DNA from: Candidatus Babeliales bacterium | GTDB lineage: Bacteria; Babelota; Babeliae; Babelales; Vermiphilaceae | Reading direction: 5' to 3' | DNA: 37,402 bases | Assembly (NCBI GenBank): GCA_044451405.1 | Contig: JBIOKB010000005.1 | Span: 1 to 37,402, forward strand | Shown here: positions 34,271 through 37,402 of the stretch, piece after piece | Layout: each line of letters opens with the position of its first letter | Numbering within the stretch: position 1 is the first letter of the stretch | The notes under the pieces: generated by a model | Seen by the model: the letters and a program-made list of their open reading frames with translations, nothing else | What the model was told of the DNA's origin: nothing | Databases searched by the model: none | Program-made: the position numbers and the translations under genes

Positions 34271-34936
34271 TTAAAGCGAGGTTTGGAAACCTTTAGAATA
34301 GCTGCTACCCATTTTTTTACGATATCCAATACCATACCATACTACCTGGTAGAGTATCACCATCCCAAGGGCAAAACACAACCGTTCAACAGCTACCACC
34401 GGAATAAGTGCCAACCAAGCAGCAGAGGTCATAGGCATCGTATATAACCATATAACTGAACCAACTGCATGTGCAATAAAGGTACTGCTCAGTGCTTGAG
34501 CAAATAGTGAGGAAGATTTACTGAGGTAACAGGTGATAGGAATCAGCCAATAGAGTGCATAGGGAAATGCATACATACCTACCGGATGTGCTATAAAGAG
34601 CATCATGCACAGCAAGGGTAGTAGTAAACGAATACTTTTACTCGTAGGATACGCCCAGGCAGCAGATGCAAAAAGACCGGGAATATGATATGCTAGGTAA
34701 TGAACTGAAGGAATTCCTATCATTGCCCAGTGCCCTATCATACAGGTAAATACCGCAGTAATAACGCTCCCGAATCCCGTAAAAGCACCCAGCAGGGGTA
34801 CTGCTAGTGAAGTTCCTGAAAAAAAGGCCATACATGACCCGACAATGAAACTTACTTTAAAAAGAGTTGCCAATTTTATTACGATAAAAGCAGTGGTTGC
34901 GCAAGTAGCTGCTTTAATAAAGGGACGATATACCAT
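34271..34936 (-). CDS. Hypothetical multi-pass membrane protein, possibly an ECF S-component-like transporter
   Basis: 221 aa, six to seven hydrophobic helices, F..HPVG, YWLIP, TF.AHAVG, LIP.V..ER; GAGG RBS; function is inference. Confidence 0.65.
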   Translation of the reverse strand: MVYRPFIKAATCATTAFIVIKLATLFKVSFIVGSCMAFFSGTSLAVPLLGAFTGFGSVITAVFTCMIGHWAMIGIPSVHYLAYHIPGLFASAAWAYPTSKSIRLLLPLLCMMLFIAHPVGMYAFPYALYWLIPITCYLSKSSSLFAQALSSTFIAHAVGSVIWLYTMPMTSAAWLALIPVVAVERLCFALGMVILYQVVWYGIGYRKKMGSSYSKGFQTSL

Positions 34937-34947
34937 AAAAACCTCTT

Positions 34948-35004
34948 AAAAAAGATGTGCTGAGCGCACATCCGGATGTACTTCCTACCAACTATAGTAC
35001 ATCC
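34948..35004 (-). promoter_or_regulatory. Two adjacent hairpins with interchangeable arms; attenuator-like leader or operator array
   Basis: GGATGTACT/AGTACATCC (34974-35004) and GATGTGC/GCACATC (34954-34972) with T6 on the minus strand. Confidence 0.5.
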
Positions 35005-35027
35005 TAGTCTAACAAAGGAAAAAAAAG

Positions 35028-35723
35028 ATGAAATATAAAGCAATTATTTTTGATATGGATGGTACCATCATTGATACGGAACATATTTGGAGACAAGCAC
35101 GTACCGATCTTATTACATCCCGTGGCGTTACCCTAACCCCTGAACTTGAGCATGAACTTGAAATTCGCACCCATGGTATTGCACTTAATCAAAGCTGCGC
35201 AATCATTAAAGAACTCACCCTCCTTTCTGATGAAATACATGCGTTAGTTGCAGAAAAAAGCAAACGTGCCTGTGAATTGTATGCTACCCACGTACGATTT
35301 ATTAATGGATTTTTAGATTTCCATAAAAAAGTATGCGATTTAAACCTTAAAATAGGTCTTGCTACTAATGCTGATGATCAAACAGTACAGGTAACCAATG
35401 AACGGCTTAACTTACAGGCTCTTTTTGGTACACACATGTACAATATCACGAGTGTTAATTTCGTAGGCAAACCTCATCCAGCTATTTACCTCCATGCAGC
35501 ACAACAGCTTGGTGTTGATCCCCAAGACTGTATTGCTATTGAAGATTCAGCGGGAGGCATTAAAGCTGCCCGTGCAGCAGGCATGTTCTGCATAGGAATT
35601 AATACATCAAAACGTCCAGAATTACTTCAAGAAGCTAACATGATCATTAATGGGTACCATGAAATTGATTTAGATAATCTCTTGCAGGAAGTACCACGCT
35701 ATGAAACGTTACACACCAGATAA
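35028..35723 (+). CDS. HAD-family phosphatase (beta-PGM/CbbY-like)
   Basis: IFDMDGTIIDTE, ATN, GKPHPAIY, IEDS..GI.AA.AAGM. Confidence 0.93.
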   Translation: MKYKAIIFDMDGTIIDTEHIWRQARTDLITSRGVTLTPELEHELEIRTHGIALNQSCAIIKELTLLSDEIHALVAEKSKRACELYATHVRFINGFLDFHKKVCDLNLKIGLATNADDQTVQVTNERLNLQALFGTHMYNITSVNFVGKPHPAIYLHAAQQLGVDPQDCIAIEDSAGGIKAARAAGMFCIGINTSKRPELLQEANMIINGYHEIDLDNLLQEVPRYETLHTR

Positions 35724-36333
35724 CACCATCATCACGTTTGATATTCATGGGGTGCTGTGCACTACCGATTATCCGCGTGCACTCTCACTCATTTTTAACA
35801 GCAAGCACGTTATTCGTATACTTTCCTATCTTCGTTCTCCTTCCATCATTAAAATGCTTATCCGTCTCTGGCATAACCATGCCGTAGCAGGGCACTATGT
35901 ACAACAATTAACACAAGCAAAACCAGAACTCGCCACCTACATACCATTACTCAAGCGCATTGCTAACGCACAAAAACCAAATAATACGGTACTTAATTTA
36001 GTAAATCAGATGAAGCAGCGGGGATTTGAGTTACATATCTTATCTAATATCGATGCTACTATTTTTGATGAACTTACCAAGATACACACCACGATGTTTA
36101 CCCATTTTGATGCGGTACAAAGCACCCAATCATCTGATAAATATGGCAAACCCCATTCCTGGATATTTACCCGCTATTTGTCTACCCATGTTCCAGCGGG
36201 CAAGCAGGTTATTTTTATCGATAATAAAAAAAAGAATATTATCGCTGCACAAAAACTGGGCATTATCGGTATTCATTACAGAAATCCGCGCCAATTAGTA
36301 CGCGCACTTAAAAAACTTCAGATACTTTTGTAG
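35701..36333 (+). CDS. HAD-family hydrolase with altered motifs
   Basis: FDIHGVL, LSN, KP..IF, FIDN...NI.AA..LG. Confidence 0.85.
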   Translation: MKRYTPDNTIITFDIHGVLCTTDYPRALSLIFNSKHVIRILSYLRSPSIIKMLIRLWHNHAVAGHYVQQLTQAKPELATYIPLLKRIANAQKPNNTVLNLVNQMKQRGFELHILSNIDATIFDELTKIHTTMFTHFDAVQSTQSSDKYGKPHSWIFTRYLSTHVPAGKQVIFIDNKKKNIIAAQKLGIIGIHYRNPRQLVRALKKLQILL

Positions 36334-36387
36334 ATACTATAAAATAGTGAATAATTATCATATTGTTTTTTATTTTTAGAGGATCCC

Positions 36388-36624
36388 ATGAAAACATCTT
36401 TTTCTCTCATTCTTCTCATTCTTGCAACAAGCTGTATGTACGCGAGTGATTATAATCCAAAAGAACGTGGCGCTCATCGCCATAATCTTAAGAAACAAGA
36501 TCTTAGAAAGCAAAAAGAGCGAGAAGTAAGAGCATACAAAGAATCGGAAGAAAAGAAGCGTAGTTCTGCTGAATTTACTCAAGCGATGTTAAGCACTCAA
36601 AAGAAAAGCACAAAAAGCGTTTAA
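36388..36624 (+). CDS. Small secreted, highly charged hypothetical protein
   Basis: GAGGA RBS, signal peptide ending MYA, K/R/E-rich mature part. Confidence 0.7.
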   Translation: MKTSFSLILLILATSCMYASDYNPKERGAHRHNLKKQDLRKQKEREVRAYKESEEKKRSSAEFTQAMLSTQKKSTKSV

Positions 36625-36636
36625 TGCTACAAAACT

Positions 36637-36663
36637 AAAAGGCCAATCGTTCATGATTGGCCT
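36637..36663 (-). terminator. Intrinsic terminator between convergent genes
   Basis: AGGCCAATC / GATTGGCCT 9-bp stem, 6-nt loop, T-run on the minus strand. Confidence 0.7.
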
Positions 36664-36670
36664 CAATTAT

Positions 36671-37402
36671 TTATCTCCACAAGGCGGTAATAATCATTAC
36701 TATCGAATTAACCGCAAATACACCAGACCAAAATACCTGATACTCTTTTGCATCGCGCATAAGCGTTGCAACTAATCCGCCAAGAATTAAAAGAATTACC
36801 GAATCCATAGACATAAGAATGCCACCAAGTACCATGATAGGGCTTACTTTAAATTCTTTCAGCAGTGAGCCGTAGAGCGCTCCTAAAACCATTGCGTAAA
36901 AATCAAAATTTTGGAATTGAATCGTAAGCGCTCGCGTTTGACTGCGCTGCGCTATAAGGCCTGTAGAGCCGAGACCAAACTTAGTAATTAAAATCCAGAA
37001 AATAATACCTACTACTAATGAGCTTATAATAAGCCCAAACCACTGAAATGCTTTCACTTTCTTCGATTCTATGCCCGCTAAATGCGCTAGCTTTCTACCA
37101 AATAATATATCAACAGCAACACCACCACACACTTCAACAAAAGTAGAAATAATCGTTAATTGTTCATAATTTGGCTTAAAAATAAAAAGCGCTGGCATCA
37201 TGACAAACGTGGCAAAGCGACCCACTGGAGCCATGCCCATTTCTCCGCCGATAACTAATAATTGGTACGTGCACAGGGCAGTAAATAATACAAGATAGAG
37301 TTGCAGGGGAATAGAGAAGTTAAACCATGAAAAAAATACAACAGCCATCAACAATACAACAATCCATTCTATATATAAAAAGTTACTTGATGTCCTTAAG
37401 AT
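36671..37402 (-). CDS. C-terminal part of a probable OPT-family oligopeptide transporter; 5' end lies outside the window
   Basis: Frame open to the window edge; hydrophobic with GE.G.AP.G, D...G.K.A.L.G, Q..G...S and SG.FA patterns resembling OPT C-termini. Confidence 0.65.
   Translation of the reverse strand: MLRTSSNFLYIEWIVVLLMAVVFFSWFNFSIPLQLYLVLFTALCTYQLLVIGGEMGMAPVGRFATFVMMPALFIFKPNYEQLTIISTFVEVCGGVAVDILFGRKLAHLAGIESKKVKAFQWFGLIISSLVVGIIFWILITKFGLGSTGLIAQRSQTRALTIQFQNFDFYAMVLGALYGSLLKEFKVSPIMVLGGILMSMDSVILLILGGLVATLMRDAKEYQVFWSGVFAVNSIVMIITALWR

Overview
A compact, AT-rich bacterial chromosomal segment of mostly housekeeping genes interspersed with secreted proteins. Gene style (signal-peptide ankyrin protein, many secreted orphans, YVTN beta-propellers, split ATP synthase operon) suggests a host-associated bacterium such as Dependentiae/TM6; this is inference. 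In order: type IV pilin, tsaC, a degenerate FolC-like protein leading atpI/atpR-like, atpB and an atpE made of four fused c-hairpins, a cysteine synthase, an operon with an outer-membrane beta-barrel and two paralogous YVTN propellers, small secreted orphans, an acyl-CoA ligase, a ferredoxin, tmk, holB, a Mg-type P-ATPase, a double-propeller YVTN protein, an NDK-like orphan, a choloylglycine hydrolase, dciA-TPR-murG, an ankyrin protein, a class A PBP, RNase P RNA (no P18), a PASTA protein, three HAD hydrolases, gpsA, uppS, a membrane protein and a partial OPT-like transporter. I saw no CRISPR array, tRNA, rRNA, transposase, integrase or phage gene. Most notable: (1) the four-hairpin c subunit with E/Q/E/D ion sites in an F0-only cluster; (2) the YVTN family with a conserved C-terminal domain, variable loops, a co-encoded beta-barrel and an unannotated 32-aa remnant; (3) a covarying palindromic element embedded in two genes; (4) a FolC pseudoenzyme with an RGRP insert; (5) an attenuator-like leader and a candidate small RNA.
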